Below, piece by piece: positions 1-12,216 of a stretch of DNA of 64,000 bases; position 1 is the first letter of the stretch; every line of letters begins with the position of its first letter. The notes beneath the pieces were generated by a model that made no database searches, was not told where the DNA came from, and saw only the letters and a program-made list of their open reading frames with translations. Source of the stretch: Naegleria gruberi (lineage: Eukaryota). The DNA lies in the NCBI GenBank assembly GCA_000004985.1, contig GG738876.1, one strand, 5' to 3'. A program made the translations under genes and the position numbers.

Positions 1-29
1 TTGCATACGATTTTCTAAAGCTGACAAGA

Positions 30-3000
30 ATGGATCCTGTCTCTTTGGATAGTACCCAACATTCAAATTCTGACAATAGGGCCGAAATAGTAAGTCAGGA
101 TATTTCTTTAGAACCATTGAAGAAGTGGCTCAAGAAAGTCAGGGGGCTGAAACTCAAATTGTTAGACACCATTAAACACGTTCTAGAGTTAGTTTGTGGA
201 GAATTATGGTCATATAAATGGCCAGCAGATCTATCCTCAATGTTGTCCAACATGGCATTCACCCTTACTAGGCACAATATTTCCTATTCCTTTAAAACCA
301 ATCTTTGCATTGCTGAACTCTTATACGATAAATATGAAGAAACTGGTGGCCTGGGATATTTCGAAATGGCAAGAAAGATTTTCAACAAGTTTGGTACATT
401 GCTATTAACCTCCGACAGAATGCTAGAGAAAATTGACAGGACAACATCATGCAGAGCTTTGTGGCTTAGAGGACTTGTGGAGAGATCTTCAAAGTCAGCT
501 ATCACCAATCAATGGTTCGAGCAATCTAAGCAAATGATAGACAAAGATATAATACTCCCTAATTGGTAAGTTTCTGTCTAAATATTAATTAACCTCAGCA
601 GTACAAAGAACAGTATTATTACAATACAAAATATTGAAACTAAGATTTTGGAGCTTAATTTTAACATCATTCTGGAAAATATTAAAAAGCAGAGAGAAAA
701 TGGTAATTGTGCTCTTGCCTTGAAATCAGTGAGCGAACCACTTACTGTTTCATTACCTGAAAAATCCCATGCTCTACTTGCTCAAATCCTTTGCAGTGCA
801 CTTGGCAATATAGATATTAGTGAGCTAGAAACACTTGACAAGGTTCAAGTAATAGCAATTTTAGATTTTTTTATTACTTATTTTACTAAAAATGTTTCAG
901 ATATGTTGGACTATCCAGATATTCAAAGTACAATAGCAAAAATCGATCAATATACTCAAAGAGTTATTTTCCCCGATGAAGATATCAAGCAAACCAAGCC
1001 TATACATACTTTAGCTTACAAAATACTCAATCTCCTAAACTCTTTAGGTCTTGGAAAGCGCTCCATCAGTGTTTACACGAAAGAGATTTGCAGATTCTTG
1101 AAGATATTTTACCATTTAGCTCCGTTTACAAATGAAAAGGAAAGAAAAGAATTTTTGACACATGTTCGTAAAAAGGTACTCTACGAATTTGATCCTCTCA
1201 GAAGAATTAGTAAGTTTATATTTACAATATTAGATACGAATAATTTTATTAAGGCAACTTTAATATTTTCTTACTAAAAGAATTACACAGATTGTATGGA
1301 AAATCTGCAACAGACAAATCATTAACAAGCGAAAAAAATTCAATCCTTGCTGAAATTTCAACAGTCATCTACATGACCTTTGACATGAAAATTAATCTAA
1401 CCGATTCTGGTCCTGACACAAAATTCAAAGATTGTGAGAAACCATCAAAAGTATTAGTTGATGAGGATGCAAACGCAATCCTCTTTAGAATTTTGAAACC
1501 AACATTTGATAGCAAGCTTGAAGGAAAGTCTTCCATGAGACAGATAATATTACCATTTATCAAAAGAATTTCCAATGCATTCGATACTATTCCTACACCA
1601 TGTAAGGATATCAAGCCATCCATAGAAAAGTTAATAGATGGAGATTTGGTATTTGAAGAGGTAGTAACTCTTCCTGCACTCAATCTTGAATGTGAGAACA
1701 AAGGTTTGTAATTATTATTTTATCACACTTACCTCGTTAGATATCTATGAAGAAATACCTCTTTACATTGCCAAATATTTGCTTAAGGAATTAGAATCAA
1801 ATCCAAAACCCGAGGAATATTTTGGAGATGATGAATATCGCTTCTCCTCTTGCGTATACAAATTAGAAAAATCTCTATGTTGTAAACCTGATAATTATAA
1901 TTCTTGGATCAATCTTGCAAATTCCTATTATTCAGTGCTAGAGTTTCTGTTGGATCTAGTTGATATTACAACAAATAGAACTGATGTATTATTTAGGCAA
2001 GGGATTGACAGACAACATTTGAGACTCGATAATGATGCTGATTTCGAAAAAGATTTAGATATTTTTACTCGTAGATGTTTGAATTGCTTCACAATAGCTC
2101 TCAAACTTTGCACAGTTCCAGAAGAGCAAGGTAAAATTCATGAAAAGATTGGAATGCTATTATTTTCGGTTCATGACTGTAGAAAATATTTTAAACAGTA
2201 CCTCGCTCCATTTTCAGAGTCTAGAATTTCTAATGAATGTTTTGATCATCTTCAAAAGGCTTATGACCATGACAAAAAGAATCATCATCTTCTGTTCTTT
2301 ATGGCCAGAATCAGACACAAGATGGACGCCCCAAGTGTAGAATATATGAATCTTTATCTTAAATCCTTAAAGATGAAGAGCAATGAAGACACATGGTTCT
2401 ATTTTAATAGTGGTAGATTTGGAATATTGGATAGAAAAGAGCAAATAGATGTAAGTAGTATTGCCTTTCAGTGCTTGACATTATTGTAATAGGATCGTAT
2501 CTTTAATGAGTCATATTTATGTGAAATTGTAACGTTATCAAATCCTTATTATTGCACATGTCCAATTATCAATAATCTAATTACAATCAACAAAGAAAAC
2601 TTTAAACATTGGCGAGTTGTGGTTGAGTCTTACTATAATATGGTGAAACCAAATCCTAATTTATTCAAATGTGTAGGCTCTATCTCGCAATGTTTTGCAT
2701 CAGAAAATGGCCCATGGAATGATTTGACATCAGCAGAATACGTATTATCCTCAGTTATTAAAAAGAGAATTAATAAGACATCTCCCCCAACCATTGAATT
2801 AGATGTTCCTTCTCCCATGTAAGTTTCAAAAACTCTAAATATTTAATTAACAAAACCAGCAAAGAGAAAAAACGATTTCACAGAGAAGGAAAATTATTTG
2901 TGGTCAAATCTTTCCTGGAAGTTGTCACTCGTAAAATGGCCATGGATAGCTTTATGGATTTGATTCATTGGATGATTCACGAGCTTTTAGAGAAAGACAA

Positions 3001-4042
3001 ACATCTCTCTATTTGCTTCCCAGACATTCTTTCCAATGCAATTAATGTGCTTTTTACACTAATAGAAGAAAAACCATCTGAAAATCATCTCAAATACGCT
3101 ATTCCACTATACTTTGCAATTTCTAAAGTCAGAAAGAACAAGTCGTCTTTGAACAATAATCAGAACCTTATCGAACACAAAATTAGAATCAGAGAATATC
3201 TTTCCAAACATCCATCTACTTCCAGTTGCGTAGTCACAGAGAAGGGTACAAAGAAAAATCTTAATGCTCTGTATCAAAAGGAATACTTTGTGGACCTTGT
3301 TAAATTCAAAAATATTGAAAGAGAAGAACCTAAAGAAAAGAAAAAGGATAAAGAGAAGAAGGATAAGAAGGATAAGAAAGATAAGAAAGAGAAAAAGAGT
3401 GAAAAGAAGGATAAAAAGGATAAGGAAAATAAGGAAAAGAAGGATAAAAAGGAAAAGAAGAAAGATAAATCCGAAAAGAAGGAAAAGACTGAATCCAAAG
3501 ATAAAAAAACTGACAAGAAGGAAAAGAAGGAAAAAAAAGAAAAGACAGAAGTGAAGAAAAAGAAAGAAACTAAAAGTACAGAGCCACTTTTATCTGCACC
3601 AACCGAAACAAAACGAAGAAAAAAGCAACCTCCAACTCCATCAAAACCAATTCAATCCTCATCTTCAGAAAACACTATCCCACCAAGCACACTCGCTCAA
3701 ATCATTGAAAATCCTATTTTACAATCAGTGGCCACTGACCTTCTACCACTTGTTGGTAATCCTGCCCTCAACCTAACTCCTGAGAAGAAATCTCCTTCAA
3801 AGAAAATATCGAGCTCGCCATCCAAACAAGCCAACAATACCAAATCACCAAAAAAAGAATTCATCTTCCACAACTACACTCCTGCTCAACCACCAACCAT
3901 TATTGCACCACCAACTCAATCAAAAACCAGTTTACAACAACTGGTCACTTCAATGGCTCCTACTGAATTCACTCCCCCAAGAACACCCCAAAAACCAACT
4001 GCAACTACAGAGCCAGAAGTAATTTTAATAGATGATGAATAA
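30..4042 (+). CDS. Multi-exon gene for a large hypothetical protein with a K/E/D-rich (KKDKK) low-complexity region and a P/S/T-rich C-terminus. It may continue upstream of the window.
   Basis: Consecutive same-strand ORFs join with conserved reading phase: join(30..565, 599..1209, 1281..1703, 1741..2450, 2493..2818, 2860-or-2884..4042). Donors are GTAAGT(566), GTAAGT(1210), GTTTGT(1704), GTAAGT(2451) and GTAAGT(2819). Acceptors are cctcAG, ctaaaAG, cgttAG and taatAG. Introns are 33–71 nt. The ATG at 30 has no upstream in-frame stop inside the window, so the true start is uncertain. The choice of last acceptor (2859 or 2883) is ambiguous. The region 3300-3560 is an (AAG GAT AAG)n-type coding microsatellite. 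A weak resemblance to TPR-containing Hir3/CABIN1-like proteins is only a guess. Confidence 0.6.
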
Positions 4043-4148
4043 ACTCCTGTATGTTTTATTCATCCGCAGAAACTCCACATTCTCCTACTGGGAGACGCCT
4101 AATATTATTATTGGTGATCACTTTGAAAATTGAGTTAAGTAAAAAAAA

Positions 4149-5868
4149 ATGAAAAGGGTAATCATCTCTACTCTTGCCATCATTCTCTCCGTGATGATGA
4201 TGTTGCAAGTTTCCATGGCTAACAAACTCACAAAGGAACAAATTAAAAAATCCGTCTTTATGAGAGGAAGAACATTAAATGATGAATATGGATATTTGAA
4301 TAGAATGGCCTCTCATCCAGTCTTTGCTTCCATGCCAATCAGTGTTGAAGGAAAGGGTCCAATTAAATCGGAACAAGAAAATCCATTTGTTAATAGTGGT
4401 TTTTTCACTGTCAACAAGACTGTTGGAGGACAAATGTACTATGCTTTCTTTGAAGCTCAAGTAAGTTGTTGACAATGTACTAAATTGACAAGTTCTGTTT
4501 AATAATTGACAATGACAGGATGGTAATCAAAATGCTCCAATTATTTTGTGGCTCCAAGGTGGTCCAGGTTGTAGCTCTTGTACTGTAAGTTATTGACATT
4601 GTCCTAGTTTGATTCGAGCTCTACACTTTCTTTGACATTTTTTTATTTTGTTCAAATTTTAATAGGGTATGCTTATCGAAATGGGTCCATATCGTATTAA
4701 TAAGAAGACTCTTGAACTCTATCCAAATGAATATACTTGGAATAAGCATTATCACTTGTTGTTCGTTGATAATCCTCTTGGAGCTGGTTTCTCACACATG
4801 GCCAATCCAAATGGTTACATTCACAATGAAGAACAAATGGCTAATGAATTATATTCTCTCTTGATTCAATTTATGGCCAAGTACAACCAATATTCTAAGA
4901 ATCCATTCTATGTCTTTGGTGAAAGTTATGCCGGAAAGTATGTTCCATCTATCAGTTACAAGATTGCCAATGAAGGTTTTGCCATTAATCTTAAGGGATT
5001 CGGTATTGGAGATGGTTTGACTCATCCTCTCGTATGTTTTCTATTTGTAATTTGAATTTTAACATTATTTTGTAATAGATTCAAATGGCCAGTTATGATG
5101 AATATGCCTATTCTTTGGGACTTGTTGATCTCAAGCAAAGATCCTACATTCAAGGACTCCAAAAGGAAGTTGAATCATTGATCATGCAACAAAAGTGGTT
5201 CGATGCTACCTCTACATGGGATAAGATCATGTCTGCCCTGAATAACTACACTGGAGGTGTCAATGTTTATGATGTCAGAGAATATGGAGATTATAACTTT
5301 GATTATTACCTTGCCTTCTTGAACTTGCCAAAGACTAAGGAATTGATGCACACTGTTGGTATCACATACAATGATTGTGATGCTCAAGCTTACTCTGCTT
5401 TATATGCTGACATGTCAAAGTCTGTTCAATATAAGGTTGAAAGTTTATTGGATAGAGGTGTCAGAGGTATCTTATATAATGGACAAGTTGATCTTATCAT
5501 CAATATGGTTCAAACCAAAGTAAGTTTGATATATCATCCAAGTTGAATTTTAACAATTCCTTATTAATTTTTATGAATTTTAAATAATTCCTTAATAATT
5601 TCCCCTAAAAACAGTGGATTGAAGAAATGAAATGGAAATATGCCAATCAATTCTATAACGCTCCAAGAAAGCAATGGACTATTAATAATAATATTGTTGG
5701 TTATGTCAAGCAATACCAAAATTTATATAAGGGTAAGTTTAATTTCAATTAAGTTTTAATATTAACACAATAATAGTTCAAGTCAACCTTGCTGGTCACT
5801 TGAGTCCAATGGATCAACCAGCCAACTTGTTGGATATGGTTACTCGTTTCATTAACAACCAACTTTAA
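4149..5868 (+). CDS. Serine carboxypeptidase (peptidase S10 family), secreted, 6 exons
   Basis: join(4149..4460, 4519..4584, 4666..5031, 5079..5519, 5615..5732, 5777..5868). All junctions are GT..AG and keep phase. There is an N-terminal signal peptide. S10 hallmarks are present: WLQGGPGCSS, the active-site Ser motif GESYAGKYVP, and a C-terminal His motif GHLSPMDQP. Confidence 0.85.
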
Positions 5869-6098
5869 TTTATTTTGAATAAATTTAAATTATTATTTTA
5901 AAGGTCTGACATATTTTATTAATAACACCATAACTGGTAATCCAGTGGGGATCATGTAATTATTAATAATATTAAATTATTCGTCGAATTCAAAGTTTTC
6001 TTTTTTTAAATTTTAATGTAAAACTTGAGCTAATATTTAATCAATTTAAAACACAAAATTATTAACAAGTTCAAGTTTTGTAAATTATTTTGTAAAAA

Positions 6099-6749
6099 AT
6101 GTCTCAACATCATGAAAAACGAAAAGCATTCATGTTTGTTAGATATCCGGAAGCATCAGGTCCCAAATCAATAATGAAACATCTTGGATCATTCTTTATT
6201 TTTCATTATTCGTATGACATTTCCGATTTGTTAAAAGAATCGTTTAGTCTAGTGGTTATTCCTGGAGGAACTGCCAAAAAACAAGCAAAAGACTTGGGCT
6301 CTGAAGGTTTGGCCATCATTAAAAAGTTTGTTTCTGATGGTGGTTCTTATCTGGGAATTTGTGCTGGAGGATATCTGGCATGTTTTTCAGAGTTGAAATT
6401 ATTGGAAAATGTCGAGTTTATTCTTCCAAAAAAGAAGAGTAATTTCAAAGGAAATATAAAAGTGAGCTTGAGTAAGCAAACAGAAGACAGCATGGAGAAT
6501 AGTGAGGCAACAGTTTACTATCAAAATGGACCAGTTTTCAATGTTGGAAATGATTCGAATATTTCCATTCTTGCGACAATTGTAGAGAGTGGTGAAATTG
6601 AGTGGCCAGACATGATTGGAAAACCATGTGTAGTCTATGGTAGATCTGGTAGGGGAAAAGTCTTACTAATGGGTCCTCACTTTGAAACATCTAAAGGTAC
6701 TTCTCAATTGTTTGTAACCTTTGCAAACAAACTGATTGATGAAACTTAA
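6099..6749 (+). CDS. Class-I glutamine-amidotransferase-like protein with a BPL_N-like domain
   Basis: Single exon with an ATG start, 216 aa. The motif VVIPGGTA...GGSYLGICAGGYLAC matches the GGxYxGxCAGxY signature of the biotin-protein-ligase N-terminal (BPL_N) / GATase1-like fold. This is family-level inference only. Confidence 0.6.
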   Translation: MSQHHEKRKAFMFVRYPEASGPKSIMKHLGSFFIFHYSYDISDLLKESFSLVVIPGGTAKKQAKDLGSEGLAIIKKFVSDGGSYLGICAGGYLACFSELKLLENVEFILPKKKSNFKGNIKVSLSKQTEDSMENSEATVYYQNGPVFNVGNDSNISILATIVESGEIEWPDMIGKPCVVYGRSGRGKVLLMGPHFETSKGTSQLFVTFANKLIDET

Positions 6750-7005
6750 AGATATAATTGAATAGCTAAACTCATGTCCCATCCGATTTAAATTAAAAAT
6801 TAGCTAATAGTTCGTTCTTAAAAATTCTAAATGCATTAATTTAAAAAAAAATAAAAAAAAAAATATTTTTAACAATTTTTTTAAAAAATAAAATTTAACA
6901 CAATATTTAAATAAATAAGATAGAATTAACGTATATTAATTCTTGATATTTTGTACAGGTGTAATGATAAATTAAGAAAAATGGGAAAAGGGGAAAATTG
7001 GGAAA

Positions 7006-8175
7006 TTAGAAGTTTGGTCTAATCTTCTTGATAGCTCTGGCACAACCTTGTTCATCATATTCCTTCTTTGTCAACCAGAAATTAGCACCACTATCCTTCA
7101 TGATTTCAGCAAGGACAGCACCACCCAAGAAGACCATGTGCTTTCTACGTGGAGGATCTTCAATCTTCAACTTGAACTTGCTCAAACCTTCTTCGTTACC
7201 TCTGAGAATATTCTTCAAATAGAGATCAGTAATTTCCTTTTCCAAACGAGATGGGAGACCAGGATACATAGTAGTACCACCAGACAAGACAATGTGTGAG
7301 TAAAAGTCAGTACGCAAGTCAATATCAGCCTTGTTAATAGTTTCGAACACTTGCAAGTGCATACCACCTTCTTCTTTATCACTGAGAGCAGGATTGAAAA
7401 GACATTCTGGAGCTTGGAAACGTTCAGCACCAATCTTAATAACTCTACCATCAGGCAAAGTATATTTCTTCATAAGAACAGTAGTTTCCAAAGCAAGCTT
7501 ATTTTCCAAAGCCATATCATAACCAACATAACAATACTTTTCCTTGATTTGACGAACTGTTTCAAAGTCAGCAGTTCTGTTGAATGAATAACCACGCATC
7601 AACAAGAGTTTGATTAAGTGGTCGGTAACATCTCTACCAGCCAAATTCAATCTCTTGACTAAATGTTCCAAACTGAAACCATCATAGACAGGAACTGTGT
7701 GAGTGACACCATCACCAGAGTCAACAACGACACCAGTGACGAGACCTTGAGCGTACAAAGTCAAGACAGCTTGAATAGAAATGTACAATCCTTGGAATCC
7801 GTAATGTTCAAACATGGTTTCAACAACCTTCTTTGTCTTTTCTTTTGGATTCATAGGTGGTTCAGTCAAGAGGATTTGACTGTCCTTTGGGTCAACCTTT
7901 AAACGATCCCAAGTATAATCCCACAAGTGGATCATGTCTTCAAAGTTAGTAACAATACCATTGGTCAATGGATAGGAGACTTCAAGAGCAGCTCTGAGCT
8001 TTGCACATTCATCACCGACCATAATATCCTTCAATTCAACATCTCCAATAGATTCTTCGGCACGCAAGAGTGGACGACCAACCATAGCTGGGAAAGTAGC
8101 CTTTGGGAAGTTATCACCAGCAAAACCACACTTAACGAAACCAGTACCGTTATCGCAAACTACAGTTTTAACCAT
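7006..8175 (-). CDS. ARP2: Actin-related protein 2 (Arp2)
   Basis: Single-exon ORF of 389 aa starting [24 protein letters not shown]. The full-length actin fold, with ...LTEPPMNP..., DSGDGVTH and [12 protein letters not shown], is typical of Arp2 rather than conventional actin or Arp3. Confidence 0.9.
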   Translation of the reverse strand: MVKTVVCDNGTGFVKCGFAGDNFPKATFPAMVGRPLLRAEESIGDVELKDIMVGDECAKLRAALEVSYPLTNGIVTNFEDMIHLWDYTWDRLKVDPKDSQILLTEPPMNPKEKTKKVVETMFEHYGFQGLYISIQAVLTLYAQGLVTGVVVDSGDGVTHTVPVYDGFSLEHLVKRLNLAGRDVTDHLIKLLLMRGYSFNRTADFETVRQIKEKYCYVGYDMALENKLALETTVLMKKYTLPDGRVIKIGAERFQAPECLFNPALSDKEEGGMHLQVFETINKADIDLRTDFYSHIVLSGGTTMYPGLPSRLEKEITDLYLKNILRGNEEGLSKFKLKIEDPPRRKHMVFLGGAVLAEIMKDSGANFWLTKKEYDEQGCARAIKKIRPNF

Positions 8176-8250
8176 TTTAAATAAATTTGTTGTTGTTGAT
8201 GATGATGATCAAATAATTTAAAAATCTTTTAAAGAGGAAAGGCTTATCAG

Positions 8251-8262
8251 TTTCACGTGAAA
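8251..8262. promoter_or_regulatory. Perfect palindrome tttCACGTGaaa (E-box core) about 80 bp upstream of the Arp2 ATG
   Basis: Seen directly at 8251-8262. CACGTG is the canonical bHLH/E-box core. A regulatory role is inference only. Confidence 0.2.
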
Positions 8263-8541
8263 ACGGGGAAGGGTAAGACTAGCCACTTAATTTTTTTTTG
8301 ATGATTTTTTTACAAAGCTGCTGTGTGATGACTTGTTGATAGGTGAATGCTGGATTTAACAGCAGGAGAAGAATAACTTGAAAGACATCAACCACTGAAT
8401 TCATTGGTGATGTTGATAAAAAACATACCAAATCATTATTCATTGAACAGGCAAGAAAATCTTCAATCCATGACTTGTATCTACTTTAGTGTGTTATTGT
8501 TCGGAAGCGATGGTTCAAATTAATTGTTATTGTTTTAATAT

Positions 8542-10006
8542 CTAATTGTTAATACTGTCAAGATTAGTTGAAGGTAAGCCACTGTCTGTGTATGCTCTAA
8601 CAAGAATCCTTTCAATTTCACTAATTTGTTCTGGTAGAGTATCAATGTCTCCATATTGGTGTGTTTCTGGGATTGTCTTCTTTGTACAATAGAAAATGTC
8701 GTCAGTTTTGTATGTGTGAATATCTACATCCAAATCATATCTTTCTTTGGCCAAATCGTCAAAAGATTTGATTGACTAATTGATTTGCTTTAGCTGAGAC
8801 GTTATCTTAATGGTACTTACTTTTTGGTTAAATTTGTTTCCTGCAACGAACAATTTGGATAATACTTCATTCTTACTGGCAAGTGTCTTGGCAAGAAAAG
8901 TCAAACTATCATCTCCAATATTATTTCCAGAAAGATCCAGATAGGTCAGTGTTTTGTTCTTGATTAAGCACTTTGCAATTTGAATACCTCCATCACTATC
9001 AATTCTATTTGCAGATAAATCCAACAGTTGAATAGCACAATTTGGATTTTCCAAATATTTAGCAATAACATCAACACTCATTGTAATACAATTTGCTCCT
9101 AACCTTAAATGAGTGAGTGTTCTGCACAATTTAATTCCTTGGAAAAATGTATTGATACCAGAATCAGATATGGATTGGAAACTCAAATCTAATGATCTTA
9201 TAACGGTATTAACTCTAAAAATTTCTGCCAAGTGTTGCAGACTTTCCTCTTTTTTTGAATTACAAAGTGTTTTTCCAATTCTCAATTCTTGAAGGGAAGG
9301 ATGATGACGAACAGAAATGGCTAATTTAATAACTGAAGATGTTTTCAGATCACAACTGCTCAAATTCAAAAATTTTAAAGTAATATTTTCTTCCAACATG
9401 TCGGCCATTTTCATTCCTCCCTTATCCTCAATAGCATTGTAACTAAAATCAAATGATAATAAATTTCTATTTTCTTTTAGAGAATCTGCAATATCAGAGG
9501 CTCCTCTTTCTGAAATGGAATTTGATCTGAGAGACAAATGCTGAATTGAGCTATTAATCTTTAACATTCTTGCTATTGAGTTTGCTCCACTATCTCCAAT
9601 ATTATTATAAGATAAATCACAACTGACAATAAATCCTGTATGTAAAATTTCCAAAGTATCACAAATTGGGAAAATATCCAGATTGTGTAATCTCTTTTCA
9701 AACATTGAAACACAATTTCCATTCAATATTAAATGTCTCATTTCCTTTCTATTATTTCATTGACCCAACTCTTTAAACCAAATGAAACAGACAGAAAACA
9801 TACCCTTTCTCTTTTACTGCATTATATTCCTTAAGAAGTCTTGTTACAGGTGTAGATATCGAGTAATCGGAACACTTTTGGAGATATAATTCAAGAAAAT
9901 CAGAAGGATAGGATGCATACTCCTTTGCTGATGAGGCTTCCGACAAAGCAGCAGGTGTTGCTGTAACAGTTCTATCAAGATTAGTTGCTGGTTCTTCGTA
10001 AGACAT
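8542..10006 (-). CDS. Leucine-rich repeat protein (RNI-like LRR), 3 exons
   Basis: join(10006..9804, 9748..8821, 8775..8542) on the minus strand. The introns are 9749..9803 (55 nt, GTATGT..AATAG) and 8776..8820 (45 nt, GTAAGT..ATTAG). Phase is conserved across both. Repeated LxxLxLxxNxIgdxGa units are typical of ribonuclease-inhibitor-type LRRs. The ATG at 10006 was verified. Confidence 0.75.
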
Positions 10007-10262
10007 TTTTTATTTTTGTTGTTTGATTAATCGTAGATGACAACGATTTGTTTGAGCGGGTTTTCTTCAATTATTTAATCAAATAAGAGATTATTCAATC
10101 CTGTTTAATATTTAATAATAATTTAACGAAATAATAAAGTTTATAAAGGTTTTACGTGCATTGTGCACATAGTGCCACATTTCATTTCTCGCGATAGTGT
10201 GGCATTAGATTGTTTAATTCCTTCTCGTCTATCTTACCACAGATACCTACACCTTCTCTGAT

Positions 10263-10823
10263 TTATTCATTGTCCACAATTTCAACATCATCATCCTCCG
10301 ATTGCTTTCTCTTTGTTGATTTCTTGGAAGTATTTTGTAATTTCAATTCGGTATCCAACATGGCTTGGTTTTCTCTGAGAGCAGCCATTTCTTGAGAACG
10401 TTTAGCAGAAACTGGAGCATAGATCAAATCAATATTAGTCTTCAACTCTCTAGCAATTTGCATCTTTCTAACCTTGAGAGATGGAACCATTCTCTTGAAG
10501 TAGTAGGCTCTTTGTCTTTGTTCTTGAATTTCGTTGACTCTCTTGATAGAGTGGATAGTCTTGGCGTAGAGTTCTCTGTCGTATTTGACTGGAACGTTTC
10601 TCTTCTTTTCAAATTCAAAAGTATTATCAACAGACAATTCCTTGCCGTTCTTTCTACGGTAGGCCTTTGTCCATCTCAATCTGTTAGGATTAACTCTACG
10701 TTCAAAGAGTTTTCTGGCCTTCTTGGAGGAGAATCTAAAGACTTTACCATCGTTTCTGACAAAGGTGATACCATGTCCAGGATACATTGGTGCACCTGAT
10801 ACGGAACATTGCTCAATACGCAT
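10263..10823 (-). CDS. RLP24: Ribosome biogenesis protein RLP24 (L24e-like)
   Basis: Single exon, 186 aa. MRIEQCSVSGAPMYPGHGITFVRNDGKVFRFSSKKARKLF...RWTKAYRRKNGKELSVDNTFEFEKKRN matches the TRASH/L24e fold. The extended basic C-terminus is characteristic of Rlp24 rather than ribosomal protein L24e itself. Confidence 0.85.
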   Translation of the reverse strand: MRIEQCSVSGAPMYPGHGITFVRNDGKVFRFSSKKARKLFERRVNPNRLRWTKAYRRKNGKELSVDNTFEFEKKRNVPVKYDRELYAKTIHSIKRVNEIQEQRQRAYYFKRMVPSLKVRKMQIARELKTNIDLIYAPVSAKRSQEMAALRENQAMLDTELKLQNTSKKSTKRKQSEDDDVEIVDNE

Positions 10824-11280
10824 TTTGAAAAATTTATGAAGGGTTTTTGTGGAGAAGAAGTTGTGGAATTTTTTTCAAGTCAAAATTTTTGAACACCACA
10901 CAATAAAAATAGAGCTGAAGTAAAATTCGGTTTGATGATGAATAATTATTTTGAATATTTAAAATCAATGTATTGTTGATAGTTATCCAATAATCAATAT
11001 ACCTTACGGAATGTACCATCAAACACCAACTTGAAATTGTAATATTGTTGAAATATGTTCCATCTACAAATGCCATAATACGTTAAAATTTCGTCATCTT
11101 GAATGAAGGAAGTATGATGAACTGTGCTAATTGCAGCTAAAAATAAAACAACCAATAAAATTCAGCATAAATACCCAGAAATTTCAAGGAAACAATTTTC
11201 AACACACAAATAAAAAGCAAAACAACAACAATACTGCATTGTATTGAAAAGAAATTATTATACTGATCTAACTGATACAA

Positions 11281-11931
11281 ATGGCTATTACTTATGCTCT
11301 TGTTGCCGAAGGTTCTATTAAGAGTACCACTGAAAGAAACTATCAAGTTTCAGTTGTTGCCGAAACTTCTCGTCAAAAGACATTGAGAAGGGTCATTGAA
11401 GAGAAGGTCATTCCAAGAATGATGGATAAGCAAGCCATCTCTTCCTATGACAAGTTACTTTTAACTCATGAAATGTTTACCTTCTTCATTAAGAGAGAAC
11501 GTTCAAGCTTGGGTGATGTTTTCCATGTTGTGATTTCAACTCATGAAGGAAAACAAAGAATTTGTTGGAAGATGATTGACTCAATGTCCCATGAATATCA
11601 TACTGATAAGAAGAAGATGAATTTAACTAAATTATTGGAATTCCACAATAATCCAGAAAATGACAAGATTACCAAATTGCAAAATGCAATTGAAGAAACA
11701 AAGAATGTCATGATTGTAAATATTGATAAGATTTTGGATAATCACAAAAAGATGCATGAAATTATTGTTGAAACTGATTCTCTCAAAGAGCAAGGTGAAC
11801 TATTCGAAAAGGGTAGTAAAAAGTTAAAGTGGGCCATGGTCAAAAGATGGATTTATTTAACTGGTGCTGCTATTGCTACTGGTGCTATTTCAATTGGTAC
11901 AATTGCCTTAATTCTGGTCATTGCATTGTAA
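11281..11931 (+). CDS. Longin-domain R-SNARE (VAMP7/Sec22-like), tail-anchored
   Basis: 216 aa with an N-terminal longin-like region. The SNARE heptads (ITKLQNAIEETKNVMIVNIDKILDNHKKMHEIIVETDSLKEQGE) resemble VAMP7-type R-SNAREs. There is a C-terminal transmembrane anchor (WIYLTGAAIATGAISIGTIALILVIAL). Confidence 0.7.
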   Translation: MAITYALVAEGSIKSTTERNYQVSVVAETSRQKTLRRVIEEKVIPRMMDKQAISSYDKLLLTHEMFTFFIKRERSSLGDVFHVVISTHEGKQRICWKMIDSMSHEYHTDKKKMNLTKLLEFHNNPENDKITKLQNAIEETKNVMIVNIDKILDNHKKMHEIIVETDSLKEQGELFEKGSKKLKWAMVKRWIYLTGAAIATGAISIGTIALILVIAL

Positions 11932-12216
11932 TGAAAAAGAATGTTGAAAAAACAAAACGAAACACCTAGGATTGAATCTAAGCAGCTAACAGCTATTCGA
12001 AATTTTGAACGAAAATGTAAATAAACACAGAGAATTATACAAGATTTTAAAAGGGTTATGACATTATTCATCTCTTCATTAAATTGCAGACTGTAAACAT
12101 GATTTTTATAAAACTGTTGTACAACATTCAAAAAAAGATCTTTGTGGATCTAACAAACCATTACCTTTCATCTTTGTAAGGGGCTTTAAATTTCATCAAT
12201 CATCAACAACTAAAAA

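Noticed and set aside
3264-3554. Arg/Lys-rich plus ORF and Phe/Ser-rich minus ORF (3274..3516) inside the first gene
   Set aside because: They are alternative-frame and antisense readings of the (AAG GAT AAG)n low-complexity coding repeat of the exon 2860/2884..4042. They are not independent genes.
7028-8184. Several 60-85-aa plus-strand ORFs
   Set aside because: All lie antisense within the highly conserved Arp2 coding region. They are chance ORFs.
10365-10799. 144-aa plus-strand ORF
   Set aside because: It is antisense to the conserved RLP24 CDS.
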